From: the human T2T-CHM13v2.0 reference genome, Homo sapiens
Reading direction: 5' to 3' (one strand)
Assembly: GCF_009914755.1 (NCBI RefSeq)
Contig: NC_060943.1
Length of the DNA: 64,000 nucleotides
This document shows positions 1 through 16,732 of this stretch, one piece after another. The notes under the pieces were generated by a model. It did no database searches and was not told the DNA's origin. It saw only the letters and a program-made list of their open reading frames with translations. Within the stretch, counting starts at the first letter, position 1; each line of letters starts with the position of its first letter. Made by a program: the position numbers and the translations under genes.

Positions 1-75
1 TTAGTGCACAGTTTTTACACTTCCAAGTGAAATAACTTTTTGTTTTTTGATTTTGCTTATTAATTTCTGTTTTTA

Positions 76-426
<351 letters not shown>

Positions 427-716
427 CTACATTATTTCTACTTTAGGGATTTATTGAGGCTTTCTTTGTAGCCAAGCAATGATCAATTTTTGTGTCTTTT
501 ATATATATGTAAATATACCCTGTTGATTATGTTGTTAAATCTTCTATTTTCTTATTTTGTTTAACATCTTGATCAGTCTTGGATTAAGAGAGGTGGATTA
601 TAGCTCCTATTACCAAGTTTCCATTTTTCTTTGTATTTCCTGTAGTCTACACTTCATAAATTTGCTGCTGTGTTATTTAGCGCATAGATACTCACAATTA
701 CTATAGATGATGATGT

Positions 717-862
717 AGACAGGATCTCACTATGTTGCCCAGGCTGGAGTGCAGTGGCTGTTAACAGACCTGATCATTCTGCACTACAGCCTCGAACTCT
801 CAGACTCAACTCAAGTGATCCTCCTGCTCAGCCTCCTCTACAGGGACCCACACACCCAGCTC
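717..862 (-). mobile_element. FAM-like fossil Alu monomer
   Basis: Alu monomer that keeps the 7SL-like segment GTGGCTGTTAACAGACCTGATC between Alu-like halves. Confidence 0.6.
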
Positions 863-1815
863 ATACTATATATTATTAACTGTAGTCTTTTAGTATTATA
901 AAAATCTCCCCCTTTTTTTTGGTGTCATTTAGTGCTTTTGGTCTGAATTCTATCTTGGCATATGTTAAGATTTCGACCTTTACTTTCTTTGTGTTTGCAG
1001 AAATCTGGGTTATCTCTACCCATCCTTTCAATTTAAATCCTTCATGAATACTTTGTTTTAGGTTGGCTCTTGGGTCTAGTGTGGAATAGCATTTTGCTTT
1101 ATGAGCCAATCCAAAAAATATTGTTTTCCCTAATAGGTGAATTAAGCTAATTTACATTTACCTATAGGACACATTTCTTTGGTCTCAATTTTGTTATTTT
1201 ATGTTTGGTTGTTTTATGTACATATTTTTAAAAGATTTTAAACTAATATAGTCTTTTTCTTTGCTTTTTTGCTGTTATAATTCTACCATTTAAAAAAATT
1301 AAAACAATTTTTTTTAGAAACAGGATCCTGCTCCATGCTCTGTCCCTCAGGCTGGAGTGCAGTGGTGTGATCATAGCTCACTACAGCTTTAAACTCCTGG
1401 GCTCAAGATCCTCCTGCAGAGTTGGGAGTACAGGCGCTGGCTATCAAGCCCGGCTAATTTTAAACTTTTTTTTAGAGATGGGGTCTCTATGTTGCCCAGG
1501 CTGATCTTGAACTCCTGGTCTCAAGCGATCCTACTACTTCAGCCTCCTGAGGAGCTGGGATTATAGGCACGTGCCACTCTGCCCAGCTCTAATTCCACTA
1601 TTTAGGAATAAAGCTCGATTCTTGTAGTTGGCTTTATTCTTACGCCTTTATATTACATGTTCTTAGTCCCCTGTTTTTAGATCGTATCCATTGGTTCCCT
1701 AACAAAAGTAACAATACATTAGCTCATGACAACGTTTTCTTCACTTTTCCCCTCCTTCTGTTCACCTGCTTAAGTATGCTTAAGCTCGTACCACTTGGTT
1801 TTTCAGCTTTAATGA

Positions 1816-2328
<513 letters not shown>

Positions 2329-3584
2329 TGAGTCACTGTGCCTGGCCATTTTCTTTATCTTAAAGTCGTATGTCTTGGTGTCAATTTTCTGGGTCCATTC
2401 TGTGTCAGTTTTCCCTAGGTACATAATGTGCCCTTTCAGGACATAGATTCAAGTCTTCTTTTATTTCAGAAAGGTTTTTATGAGTTACAGTTTAGAGCAG
2501 AATAAGCCACTGTTTTGGTTTCTTCTTTGGAGGCTCTAGAAGTCAGTCTCTTAGATCTCCATCACTGTCCACCGAATCCTTTGCACATCTCCATTTCCAC
2601 TTTCCTGTCTGTCTTTCTCGGTTCTAGCTGCATATCCCTTATTGCGCTGTTATGACATCTGTCTCCATAGAATTCAGACTGCATTTCTTAAACCGCTTCT
2701 CTGTCCCTTCTATTTCTTCCCTGGGTCATGTCAGTTCCCTCCCACACCCTCCTAGGCCTTGCTGCCTCTTCCTGAGGTCCTGTGTCTGCTCTGTGACATT
2801 TCTTCCTGGCTCTGACTGCCTCCTGAAGTCCTGTCTCTCCAGCTATCTCCAGCTCTCTAGCCAGCTACCTAGTGGTTCACTTTGGAGTATAGTTTTGATC
2901 TCCTTTGCGGCAACACTTTTCCTGGTAAGTTTTCAGCAGTTTCCGTCAGTAGGAACTTATGCTTCTATTTTTCTTCCTTTTCCTTAAACTGCTTTTATAT
3001 GAAGGCCTCTGAATTCCTCTGGAATGAGAGGAGGTTCCTGGGAGGGTGGGAGCGACAGTTGGGCCAGAGTGTCCTTCCAGACTTCCCATGTTCCCACCAC
3101 CCTCCACCTCGCAGCCCCATCTCCCACTCTCTGAATTCAGCCTGGTTTGGAGGGGCTTCTGCCTGCATCCCTCAGTTCCCAGATCTCGTCACAGCCCCGG
3201 ATTTCCAAGGTGATGTCCTCCCTTTGAAGAGTGATATTTTGCAGGGATTTCCTGAAATGTCACCTCTGATTTCTCAAGCCTTTTCTCTTCATTCCCCCCG
3301 AGGCCCTGGCCTGTCTACCTTGGGGCCTGCTCACAGGTGTCTCCTCCGGGTGAGCCGGTTTTACTATTCCTGTTCAGATAAATGGTAACGCTATGGATTC
3401 CCCAAGCAAGGCCAACTACTCCGAGGATCACTCCTTCTCTTTTGGAAGTAAAAAGCAGGAAAATTAGAAAAAAAGAAAGAAAGAGAGAAAAGAAAAACCC
3501 CACAGGGGGATTTTAAATTACTCAATACTTCCATGCCGAGTCCCCTCATAAACAGCATGGCATAGCCCCTTCCCTTTCAGCCTT

Positions 3585-4240
<656 letters not shown>

Positions 4241-4345
4241 GCTTCATATCCTTTTTTCTTAAACAGCTATGCAGTATTTTATTGTGTGAATGAACCAAAG
4301 TTTATTGAATGAGGTGAGAGGTGCTATTCTGCCAGCAAAACCTTA

Positions 4346-4567
<222 letters not shown>

Positions 4568-5467
4568 CTAGGGAGAAGGGTGATAAATGGGCTCTCAGTT
4601 TTACAGAAAAATTGAAATAACAAACAATTATTTTGCAAAGAGTGTTACTGCTACTGCTCACAATCTTCATTCTGCAACCTGTCCTGCCTCAACCCCTTCC
4701 CCACCCACTGTGTGAGGGCCTGGGCCTCAGGCCAACAGTTGAGGATGGGCAGGAACAGGGCATGTGGGGTGCCCTGCTCGACACAAAGAGAAGAATTCCA
4801 GCCCCACAGACCAGGGGAACGGGAGAGGCTGCAAAGGTTTCCAGAATGCATCTCTACTCTTATGGAATCTATCTTTCCTTCAATCGCATCCAAGGAATAA
4901 GTGCCAAGAGGCCAATCAACTCATAACTTGACTCATTTGAACAATTTCAAAATTAAGGATAACATAATATGAATGCACAATGCCGTTTCTCCAAGCCATA
5001 CATGAAAGGCAATACATCCAGCAGAGATGACATCATTTGAAGTCGAATGATTTAAACTAATATCCAGGTTGGACGTGACCTGCTACATTCTATAAATTAA
5101 CTATTTCAGATGCTAAAATAAAATAAGTAATGGTGAGCATTCTTTCCAAGGTAGGCTAGTGGTGACAAGTTTGATTTTCCAGAAGGAAAGCTAAGTCACA
5201 GAGAAATTGCTCCAGGTCACATGGAAAATCCACCCTAGAAGCAGGATTTAAAAAGATCTCAGGCCAGGCTTGGTGGTGTGCACCTGTAGTCTCAGCTACT
5301 CAAGAGGCTGAGGCACGAGAATGGCTTGAACCCAGGAGGCGGAGGTTGCAGGGAGCTGAGATCGCGCCACCGCACTCCAGCCTGGGCAACATAGCGAGAT
5401 TCTGTCTCAAAAAAAAAAAAAGATCTCAGTACCTAAGACTATTGTGTCTCCCACAAAAATGTAATAA

Positions 5468-5719
<252 letters not shown>

Positions 5720-8700
5720 TGATTTGTAGCCAGAGGTCATCAGCAGAAACTTCCCAAGGCAGAGTGGAGTCCTCCCACTGTTGGTGTATGTACAGGGTTG
5801 GGTAAGGGCTCTCACGAGCTCCTGGAGACCAGGATGGGGTAGGGCAGGAGTACGTGGCTCAGTCCTAGGACAGGGCAGAGACTGGCAGAGCAGCCACTAA
5901 CACCCCTGGACCTGGCTAGAGGGGCTGGCCTAGGCACTCCCAGGGTCAAGGGGCCTGCAAGGCTGTAGGGATGTGTCCACTCCAGACCTGGCTACAGAGG
6001 ACCAAGAGCCCTGCCCAGACATCCTGGCAGCTCCCATGCCTCTCCCTGCATGGATAGCGGGTGTCTGCTTGGACACAAAAGTCCCTGGTGACAGGTGGAG
6101 CCAGGATGGAAGAAAGCAGCTCTCCCACACCCTACATTTCCGCTTTGACTCTGAGGGGCCTGAGGATTCTAAACTTGACAGCCAGGCCATGATAAAGGTC
6201 AAGGCAGGAGAAGGGAACACATTTTACTAACAGTTTGTTGGCTCAACAAGTAACTTTTAAATATCTGGAGACAGTCAGTGGCCTCCATTTGTATTTCCAT
6301 CCTGGGCCCACAAATATTGGGGGTGGGCCGAGAGGAGAGTGTCTGAGGGTCTGGGAGGATCCTGACTTCGTTGTGGAAGCCTGTGATACTCCCTGGCCCA
6401 TGGGAGAGGCATGGGGCCTGCACCCCAGGGACCGGGATTCCCTGCACGTCCTGCCCTACAAACAAGACGGCTTTGCGTTTACAGTGGCCTCAACATGTGG
6501 CGGGCAGGTTCCCAGGAAATCTCTGGATGAAAGGGTTTGTTCGGCCCTTTAGATTTTTCAGCAAGCTTTCTCTTGCCCTCTCCATGTCCCGGTGAGGAAG
6601 GCCAGCACACACAGCAGCAGAAGGGAAAATGGGCACTTAATGCTACCACAGAGAGTGCCAGGGTTCAGCTGCCTTTCAGAGGGGCAGCGCTGGGCCAGAC
6701 ACTTGAGTGCCTTCAAGGCTCCATCCATGCTGTGTCAAAGTCAAATTGCTTTCTGGAAGGCTCTGGAAAGGACTCAGAAGTCACCAGTAAAGTATGGCCA
6801 GACTGACCACACTCTTATCAGCAATTATTGTAATTTAAAAAACTGTTTTCAGCCGGGCACGGTGGTTCACGCCTGTAATCCCAGCACTTTGGGAGGCTGA
6901 GGTGCACAAAGTCAGGAGATCGAGACCATCCTGGCTAACATGGTGAAATCCCGTCTCTACCTAAACTACAAAAAAATTAGCCAGGTGTGGTGGCATGCGC
7001 CTATAGTCCCAGCTACTCAGGAGGCTGAGGCAGGAGAATCACTTGAACCCAGGAGGCGGAGGTTGCAGTGAGCCAAGATTGTGCCACTGCACTTCAGCCT
7101 GGGTGACACAGCGAGACTCCATCTCAAAAACCAAACAAACAAACAAACAAAAACCTGTTTTCAGGAGGAAGGCTCAGGGTGGCTGGCTGGAGGCACAGGA
7201 TGTCAGACTCCTCCACACAGGAGAACCAAAACAGGAGTCAGTCATCGCACGGAGAACATCTAACGGAGACCACGAGAACTCGACAGGGGAGGGCTGGGCG
7301 GCACCCGCGCAATGAAGGAGAGGGAGACGACAGCCCAGACAGGATGGGTCTTGGTCGGGAGCCTGGAGAGGCTCCCCTGTGTCGGGAAAGGGTGAGAGAT
7401 CCCCAGGGGTCCACATTCTCACCACACACTCCTGTGATCCCAGCCCCAGGGGAGCCCCTCAACCCCTGCAGGCCCTGAGACTGGTGCAGGGAGCTCCCTG
7501 GAGTCTGTGTGACCCCACTGCTCCAGAGCGGGGGCTCACACTGGGTCCCACACTGACCCAGGTTCCAGGCAGCTGCAGCACAGTGGCATCATTTTGAGAG
7601 TCCAGCCCCCACCAGACTACATCCTGCCCTGGGACCCAGCAGCCCCTGCATCTCCACATCCCTGGAGCGCCACGGACATCTCCCCACATGCACCCGGAAG
7701 GCTGCAGCGGCGAGGCACCAGGTGGACCCAGTGGAGCAGCGGGTCCCCAGCACTCTACCCTACAGTGTCCTGCATACCCAGAAGAGTGTGGTGCAGTGCA
7801 CTGAAGAGGCTGCCCATGAGAGCAAGGGAGCCGAAGCAAATGCTCCCCAATCCTGAAACCTGCCTGGCTGGGGCCCCTGTCACTAACAGCAACCCCACCC
7901 CCTCCAGCCGCAGAGCCCTGCGCACGTGCATGTGCCCTGAAGACAGGCTTCCCCTGCCCAATGCCTCCATTGCCAAAGCAACCCAAGCACACCACCCAGG
8001 GCCTGGGGATCACCCCATCCTCTTCACCACAGCCTGCAGGGAGTGTCCCACCATGTTGGTTGCCCCAGGCACACACACAAACACACACACACACACACAT
8101 ACACCAATACAAAAAATTAGAATAAGTGACTGTTACACTTGATTTGCAGAAATCAATGAAAGGACATAATAAACATGACAAAGCAAGGCAATATGACACC
8201 TCCAAAGGAACATAATAATTCTCCAACAGCAGATTCCAACAACAACAAAAAGAAATTTATGAAATGCCTGAAAAAGAATTAAAAATAATGATATTAAAGA
8301 AGCTCAGTAAAATATAACAGAACACAAATAAACACTATAAAGAAATCAGAAAAACAATTCAGGATATGAATGAGGAATTCATCGAAGAGACAGATATAAA
8401 AAAGAACTAAACAGAAATCCTGGAACTGAAGAATTCAATGAATAAAATAAAAAATACAATTGAGAGCTTCAGTGATAGACTAGATCAAGCAGGAGAAAGA
8501 ATTTCTTTTGCTTTTTAAATACTCAGTGAGATGAAAGAGAGAGAGAGAGAAAGAGAGAGAGAAACAGAGAGAGAGAGAGAAAAGGAGCAAAAGAAAGAGA
8601 GAAAAATTAAAAAAAAAAATGAAGCATGCCTTCTGGTGTTCCAAGGGGTGAAAAGAAGTTTAATGGCATAAAAAACCTACTCAACAAAATAAGTTGAAAA

Positions 8701-8814
8701 CTTCCCAAGTCTAGCAAGAGATTTCGAAATCCAGATATAGGAAGCTCAGGTTCCCAAAAAGGTCTTCTCCCGACGACATTATAGTCAAACTGTCAGAAGT
8801 CAAATACAGAATTC

Positions 8815-8925
8815 TAAATATATATATATATATTTAGACATACATATATTTAGACATATATATTTAGACATATATATATTTAGACATACATATATTTAGA
8901 CATATATATTTAGAATATATATTTA

Positions 8926-8962
<37 letters not shown>
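8815..8962. repeat. (TA)n and TTTAGACATATATA compound microsatellite inside L1 ORF1
   Basis: Repeated TTTAGACATA(C/T)ATA units followed by pure (TA)n. Confidence 0.9.
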
Positions 8963-8965
<3 letters not shown>

Positions 8966-8997
8966 TAGTTACATATAAGGAACTCTCATAAGACTAA

Positions 8998-9189
<192 letters not shown>

Positions 9190-10937
9190 TAATTTTTGCA
9201 TTTTTAGTGGAGATAGGGTTTCGCCATGTTGGCCGGGCTGGTCTTGAACTCCTGACCTCAGATGATCTGCCTGCCTCAGCCTCCCAAAGTGCTGGGATTA
9301 CAGGTGTGAGCCACTGTGCCCAGCTAATAGTGTATTTCTCAGAAGAAACCTTACAGGCCAGGAGAGAATGAGACGATATATTCAAAGGGCTAAAAGAAAA
9401 AAAAAAAAAAAAAAACCTGTCAGCCAGCCAAGAATACTATACCCAGCAAAGTTATCCTTCATAAATGAAGGAGTAAAGACTTACAGATAAGCAAACACTG
9501 AGAGAATCTGTCACCACTAGACCCATCCTACATGAAATGCTTAAGGGAATCCTACACCTGGAATTGAAAGGACGATATCTACTATCATGAAAACACATGA
9601 AATGATAAAACTAACTAGTAGAGCAAGCACACAAATGAGGAAGAGAAGGAACTCAAATGTTATCACTATAGAATAATAAGATAAATAAGAGGAAAAATGA
9701 TACACAAAACAACCAGAAAACAATCAACAAAATGATAGGAGTAAGTCCTCGCATATCAATAGTAACCTTGAATGTAAATTAATTAAATTTTCCACTTAAA
9801 AGATACAGACTGGCTGAATGGATATCAGAAAAAAAAAACACGATTCAACTATGTGCTGCCTACAAGAAACACATTTCACTTGTAAAGATCCATACAGACT
9901 GAAAGTAAAGGGATAAAAAAATATTCCATGCAACTGGAAACCAAAAGCAAGCAGGAGTAGCTATACTTGCATGAAATAAAACAAACTTTAAGTCAAAAAC
10001 TGCGTAAAGAAGGTAATATTATAATAATAAAGGGATAAATTCAATAAGAGGACATATACTCTAAACATATATGCACCCAACACCACAGCATCCAGGTATA
10101 TAAAGCAAATATTATTAGATCTAAAAGGGGAGATAGACTACAATACAATAATAGTTGGGGACTTCAACACCCTACTCTCAGCAATCAGATCATCAAGACA
10201 GAAAACTAACAAAGAAACATTGAATTTAACTGCACTTTAGACAAAATGACCTAATAGACATTTACAAAACATTTCATCCAGTAACGGCAGAATACACATT
10301 CTTATCAGATATAGAACATTGTCTAGCATACACTGTGTGTTACGCTACAAAGCAAGCTCAACAAATTTAAAAATACTGACATCATGTCAAGTATCTTCTC
10401 AGACCATGGTAGACTAAAACTAGAAAGCAATAACAAGAGGAACTTTGGAAACTGTACAAACATATGAAAATTAAACAACATGTTCCTTAACAATGATTGG
10501 GTCAATGAAGAAATTAAGAAGGGTATCAAAAATTTCTTGAAACAAATGAAAACTGAAACACAACATACCAAACACAACATACCAAAACCTATGGGATACA
10601 GCAAAAGCAATGCTAAGAGGGAAGTTTATAGCAATAAATGCCTGCATCACAAAAGTGGAAAGATTTCAAATAAACAACCTAATGATGTACCTCAAGGAAC
10701 TAGATAAACAAGAACAAACAGAACCCAAAATTAGTAGAAAGAAAGAAAAAACAAAGATCAGAGCAGAACTAAGTGAGGCAGGGTGAAACGTTCTTATAGT
10801 CCCAGTGACGCAGGAGGCAGGAGGATTGCTTGAATCCAGATGTTCAAGGTTAGCCTGGGCAACATAGTGAAAATCCACTGCTAACAAACTGAAAACCTAG
10901 AGAAAATGGATACATTTCTGGACAACATACAACCTAC

Positions 10938-11630
10938 AGAGGCAGGATAAGTAAAGTTATGAGACCATACTGACTTGTCCCCTTTAGTGAAGCCCCACAT
11001 GCTCCTTTCTCAGTGGGCTCCTTTCATGTGCGCCCTTGTATGTCAGCACCTAACTTATCTTAGCAAGATAAGTAGTCCCACAGGATCCCAGCCAACTACC
11101 AGGTGGTTACACGTTCCTGATACCCAATATGGCCTAGGAAAAAGAACAAAAATCCCTTAATCGTAATGTAGCTTCCCCAATCTCCAGCCAATCAACACCA
11201 AAAGCCCAAGAAGCTATTAACTACCAATTCCTGCCTGGGCAGGGCTAAAGATATCTCCAGGGTCCTGCATGTACAGCTAGGCACAAGGTTTAGCTTACAG
11301 TGAGCTTTTCCTCATTTTAATAGTAAAAAACACACCCTAGGTGGAGGTTTTATATGCTAATTATACATGTGATACATGTTAGAGCATGTACATGCTGAGT
11401 GCATGCACCAACCATAGTTCCACCTTTCACACTTGACCTCACCAATACTTTATGAATATGCATGCACAGCTCCTGTAAAGGGCATCCCCTTAAAATATTA
11501 GGGTCTGTCTCTTACTCTGTCTCTCAGAGTGACTTCTGCTATGCAATAGACTTCTTCACCTGCTCTTACTTTGGACTAGCTCTCAAATTCTTTTGTGAAG
11601 TCAAGAACCTGAACTGGCCCATTGACAACA
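10938..11630 (+). mobile_element. ERV1-class solo LTR inserted in L1 ORF2
   Basis: Ends (T>A)GAGGCAGG...ACAACA, flanked by a 4-bp TSD CTAC (10934-37 and 11631-34). L1 sequence resumes exactly on both sides. CCAAT box present. Confidence 0.8.
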
Positions 11631-13749
11631 CTACCAAGATTGAATTAGGAAGAAATAGAAAACTTGAACAGACCATTAACAAATAATGAGATTGAATCAT
11701 TAATAAAAAGTTTCCCAACAAAGAAAAGTCCAGGACCAGATGGTTTTTCTGCCAAATTCTACAAACCTTACAAAGAAGAACTAATACAAATTCTCCTCAA
11801 ACTATTCCAAAAAAATTTAAGAGGAAGGAATTCTCTCTAATTCTTTCAGGCCAGCAATACCCTGCTACCAAAACCAGACAAGGCCACAATAAAAAAAGAA
11901 ACCTACAGGCCAATATCCCTAATGAACACAGATGCAAAATCCTCAACAAAATACTAGCAAACCAAATTCAACAGTACATCAAAAAAATAATATGCCATGA
12001 TCAAGTGGGATCAAGAGATGCAAAGACAGTTCAACATACACAAATCAATAAACATCATAGATCACATCAGCAGAATGAAGGATAAAAACCATATGAGCAC
12101 ACCAATGGAAACAGAAAAAAATTGGATAAAAATTCAACATCCTTCGTGATAAAAACACTTAATAAACTAGACATAGAAGGAACATACCTAACATAATAAA
12201 GGCCATATATGACAAACCCACAGCTAACATCATACCGAGTAGGGGAAAGCAAAAAGCCTTTCCTCTCAGAACTGAAACTAGTTAAGGATGACTACTTTCA
12301 CCACTCTTATTCAGCACAGTACTGGAAGTCCTAGCAAGAGCAGTCAGGCAAGAGAAAGAAATAAAAGTCATCCAAATTAGAAAAGAGAAAGTCAAATTTT
12401 TTCTCTTTGCCAATGACATGATCTTATATTTAGAAAAAACTAGACTTCACCAAACGACTCTTAGATCTGATAAAAAAAAAAAGTTTAGTAAAGTTGCAGA
12501 ATACAAAATCAATGTATAAAGATCAGTAGTGTTTCTATACACCAATAATGAATTCCCTGAAAAAGAAATCAAGAAAGCAATCCCATTTACAATAGCTACA
12601 AAAAAATACCTAGAAATAAATTTAACCAAAGAAGTTAAAGATTTCTACAAGGAAAGCTACAAACACTGATGAAAGACAATGAAGCTGATTCAAACTAATG
12701 GAAAGACATCCCATGATCATGGATGCGAAGAATTAACATCATTAAAATGACCAGACTCCCCAAAGCAATCAGCAGATTCAGTGCAATCCCTATCAGAACA
12801 TCAATGACGTTTTTCACAGAAATAGAATAAACAATCCTACTTTATACATATGGAACCAAAAAGGAGCCTGAAAAGGCAAATCAGTCCTGAGCAAAAAGAA
12901 CAAAGCTGAAGGTATTACCCTACCTAACTTCAAAATACATTACAAGGCTATAGTAACCAAAATAGCACAGTATCAGTACAAAATCAGACACATTGGCCAG
13001 TGGAACAGAATAAAGCACCAAGAAACGAGCCCACATATTTACTGCCAACTGCTTTTCAACAAAGGCACCAAGAACATACGCTGGGGAAAGGGCACCCTCT
13101 TCAATACATGGTGCTGGGAAAATTGGATATCCATATACAGAAAAATGAAATTAGATCTCTATTTCTCATCATATGCAAAAAATCCACTCACAATGGTTTA
13201 AAGACTTAAATCTAAGACCTGAAACTATAAAACTACTAGAAGAAAACATAGAGGAAGCACTCTAGGACTTTAGACAAAAATTTCATGGCTAAGACCCCAA
13301 AAGCACAGGCAACAAAAACAAAAATAGACAAATGGAACTATATTAAACTAAAAAGCTTCTGTACAGCAAAGGAAACAATCAATAGAATGAAGAGACAACC
13401 TGTTGAATGAGACAAAATATTTGCAAAATATTCATTCAACAAGAGGCTAATACCCAGGATATACAAGGAACTCAGTTCTCTCTGTCTCTCTCTCTCTCTT
13501 TTTTTTTTTAAGGAACACAACTCTTAATAGCAAACAAACAAACAAACAAAACCAATCCCATTAAAAAGTGGGCAAAGAATCTAAATAGACATTCCCCAAA
13601 AGCAGACATACAAATGGGCAACAGGCATATGAAAAAAATGCTCAACACCACAAATCATCACAGAAATGCAAATCAAAACCACAATGAGATATCATCTTAC
13701 TCCAGTTAGAATGGCTATCATTAAAAAGACAAAAAATAACAGAGGCTGA

Positions 13750-14605
13750 TGTCAACCTAAAATAATCAAAAGGGTGAGACTCTAGTTTAAAGAGAGTTTA
13801 TTCAAGCACAAAGTTTGAGGACAGGCCACCCAGGAAGTAGATTCCAAAGAACAGAAGTCTGTGTTCTGAAGTGCACAAGTTTGGGATCGCTAATAGGACC
13901 ACATGTAGGAAAGCTTAACAGAATTTCAGTGTCTTTCTATGTAAGACTGAATGCATAGTTACAACAATCTAATTAGTTGAGGCAGTCTTTTTCTTTCAGG
14001 AAAGGTATATTTAACATTCCACATTGAAGATATAACAGTCATGGGGTCATGGGTGCCATCTGGTCTTAGGTAGAAGAACAATAAAGGAAGCAAGCAGTTC
14101 ATCTTTATAGATAGATGAGTGACTGGAAGGAGGAGAAGGTCTGGTCTCTGGTTTCTCCTAGTCATTTACAAAACAACAGCAATGAGGAAGAGAACTAACC
14201 TATAAGAAGCAGAATAGCCAACAAGCTACATTGCTCAGTCTCCAGGGCTTAACTTCCCCCTTTGCATAATACATTTAGAGGGTCCTGAAATTTTTTTTCT
14301 TTTCTTTTTTAAAATTGAGACAGGGTCTTGTTCTATCACCCAGGCTGGAGTACAGTGGAATGATCGACCTCCTAGGCTTAAGTGATCCTCCTTCCTCAGC
14401 CTCCTGAGTAGCTGAAACCACAGGCATGCACCACTATGCCTGGCTAAGTTTTTCGTTATTTGTAGAGACAGGTTCTCCCTATCTTGCCCATGCTGGTCTC
14501 AAACTCCTGGACCCAAGTGATCCTCCCACCTCAGTTTCTCAAAGTACTGGAATTACAGGAGTGAGCCACCATGCCTGGCCTGAAATTTTACTTTATTTTA
14601 TTACA
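13750..14605 (-). mobile_element. ERV1 (MER4-group-like) solo LTR inserted in L1, itself containing an Alu (~14291-14580)
   Basis: TG...CA termini with a 4-bp TSD CTGA (13746-49 and 14606-09). The inner Alu has TSD CCTGAAATTT. Confidence 0.8.
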
Positions 14606-15399
14606 CTGATGAGGATGTGGAGAAAAGGGAACTTTCATACACTGTTGGTGGGAATGTAAATTAGTACAGCCATTATGGAAAACAGTGTGGAGGTTCCTCA
14701 ACAAACTAAAAACAATTACCATATGATCCAGCAATCCAACTGCTGGGTATTTATTCACAGGCAAGGAAATCAGTATATCAAAGGGATATCTACACCCCCA
14801 TGTTTATTGCTGCACAATTCACAGTAGCAAAGATATGAAATGAACCTAAGTGTCCATCAATGGACAAACAGATAAAGAAAATATGCTCTATTTACACAAT
14901 GAAATATTATTTGGCCATATAAAAGAACAAAACCATGTCATCTACAGCAACATGGATGGAACTGGAGGCCATTACGTTAAGTAAAATAAGCCAGACCTAG
15001 AAAGATAAATATGGCATGTACTCATTCATATGTGGGGGCTAAAAAAGTTGACCTCATGGAGGTGGAGATTATAATGATAGCTACCAGAGGCTAGGATGCA
15101 TGTGGGTATGGGTGTGTTTGTGGGGGGCTGGGGGGCAGGTGGCTGAATGAAGAGAGGTTGCTTAATAGGTATAAGCATACAGTTAGATAGACGAAATAAG
15201 TTATCATGTTCGACAGCAGAGTAGGTTGACTAAAGTTAACAACAAAGTATTGTATATTTCAATATAGCTAGCAATGAGGACTTGAAATATTCTCCACACC
15301 CAGAAATGATAAATGCTCAGCTGGGTGTGGTGGCTCACACCTGTAATCCCAGCACTCTGGGAGGCCGAGGTGGGCAGATCTCTTGAGGCCAGGAATTCA

Positions 15400-15660
<261 letters not shown>

Positions 15661-16182
15661 TTAATTGTTACACATTCTATGCACATTACAAAATATCACA
15701 TGTACCCCCACATGTGCATGTAAATATATTTAAAATATTTTTTAAAATGTAAAAATATTATGCATTAATAAAAAGATACAATTGTTTAAAAAGAAAAAAA
15801 TGTTTTGTAACATTTTTTGAGAATGGTATCTCAAGACTGGTTTAATTAGCATTTCCTTTTTTTTTTTTTTTTTAGGGACAGGGTCTTTCTCTGTCTACCA
15901 GGCTGCAGTGCAGTAGTACAGTCATAGCTCACTGCAGCCTTCAACTCCCACACTCAAATGAACCTCCTACCTGAGTTTCCTGAGTAGCTGAGACTACAGG
16001 TGCATGCCACCATGCCTGGCTAATTTTTAAATTTTTTTTTGTAGAGATGGGTTCTCACTATGTTACCCAGACTGGTCTTGAATTCCTGGGCTCAAATGAT
16101 CCTCCTGCCTCAGCTTCCTGAGTAGCTGGGACTACAGGCACACAGCACCATGCCAGGGTAATACAGTTGAAATTTTAAAATA

Positions 16183-16488
16183 CAGATGGTTCTAGACTTA
16201 CAACAGGGCTACATCCTGATAAACCCATCATAAATTGAACAAACTGTATATCAAAAATGCATTTAATCCTGGCAATACAGCAGATGGTTCCCAACTTATG
16301 ATGGTTCAATCTACATTTTTTAAGCTTTATAATGGTGTAAAAGCAATGGGCATTCAGTATCAATGGTAACTTCATTATGAGTTGTAAGGAGTTCCTCAAT
16401 TTATAATAAGATTACTTCCCAATAAATACATCATAAAGTCGAAAATTCCTAGGTGGAACCATCCATCGTAAGTCAGGGAATGCCTGGA
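16183..16488. mobile_element. MER47/Tigger5-like DNA transposon remnant
   Basis: TA-CAGATGGTTC...ACTTA start, repeated internally, and a complementary ...CGTAAGTCAGGGAATGCCTG end. Confidence 0.6.
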
Positions 16489-16531
16489 TAAAGCTTTTAA
16501 TAGATCATTTTTTAAAATACTCTTAAAATCA

Positions 16532-16732
<201 letters not shown>

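Noticed and set aside
717-862. Possible 7SL RNA gene or pseudogene
   Set aside because: Lacks most of the S domain and fits a FAM monomer better.
7459-8226. 255-aa minus-strand ORF, the longest in the track
   Set aside because: It lies in the GC-rich L1 5'UTR remnant and runs through a (TG)n repeat. No recognisable domain, and stop-poor composition explains its length.
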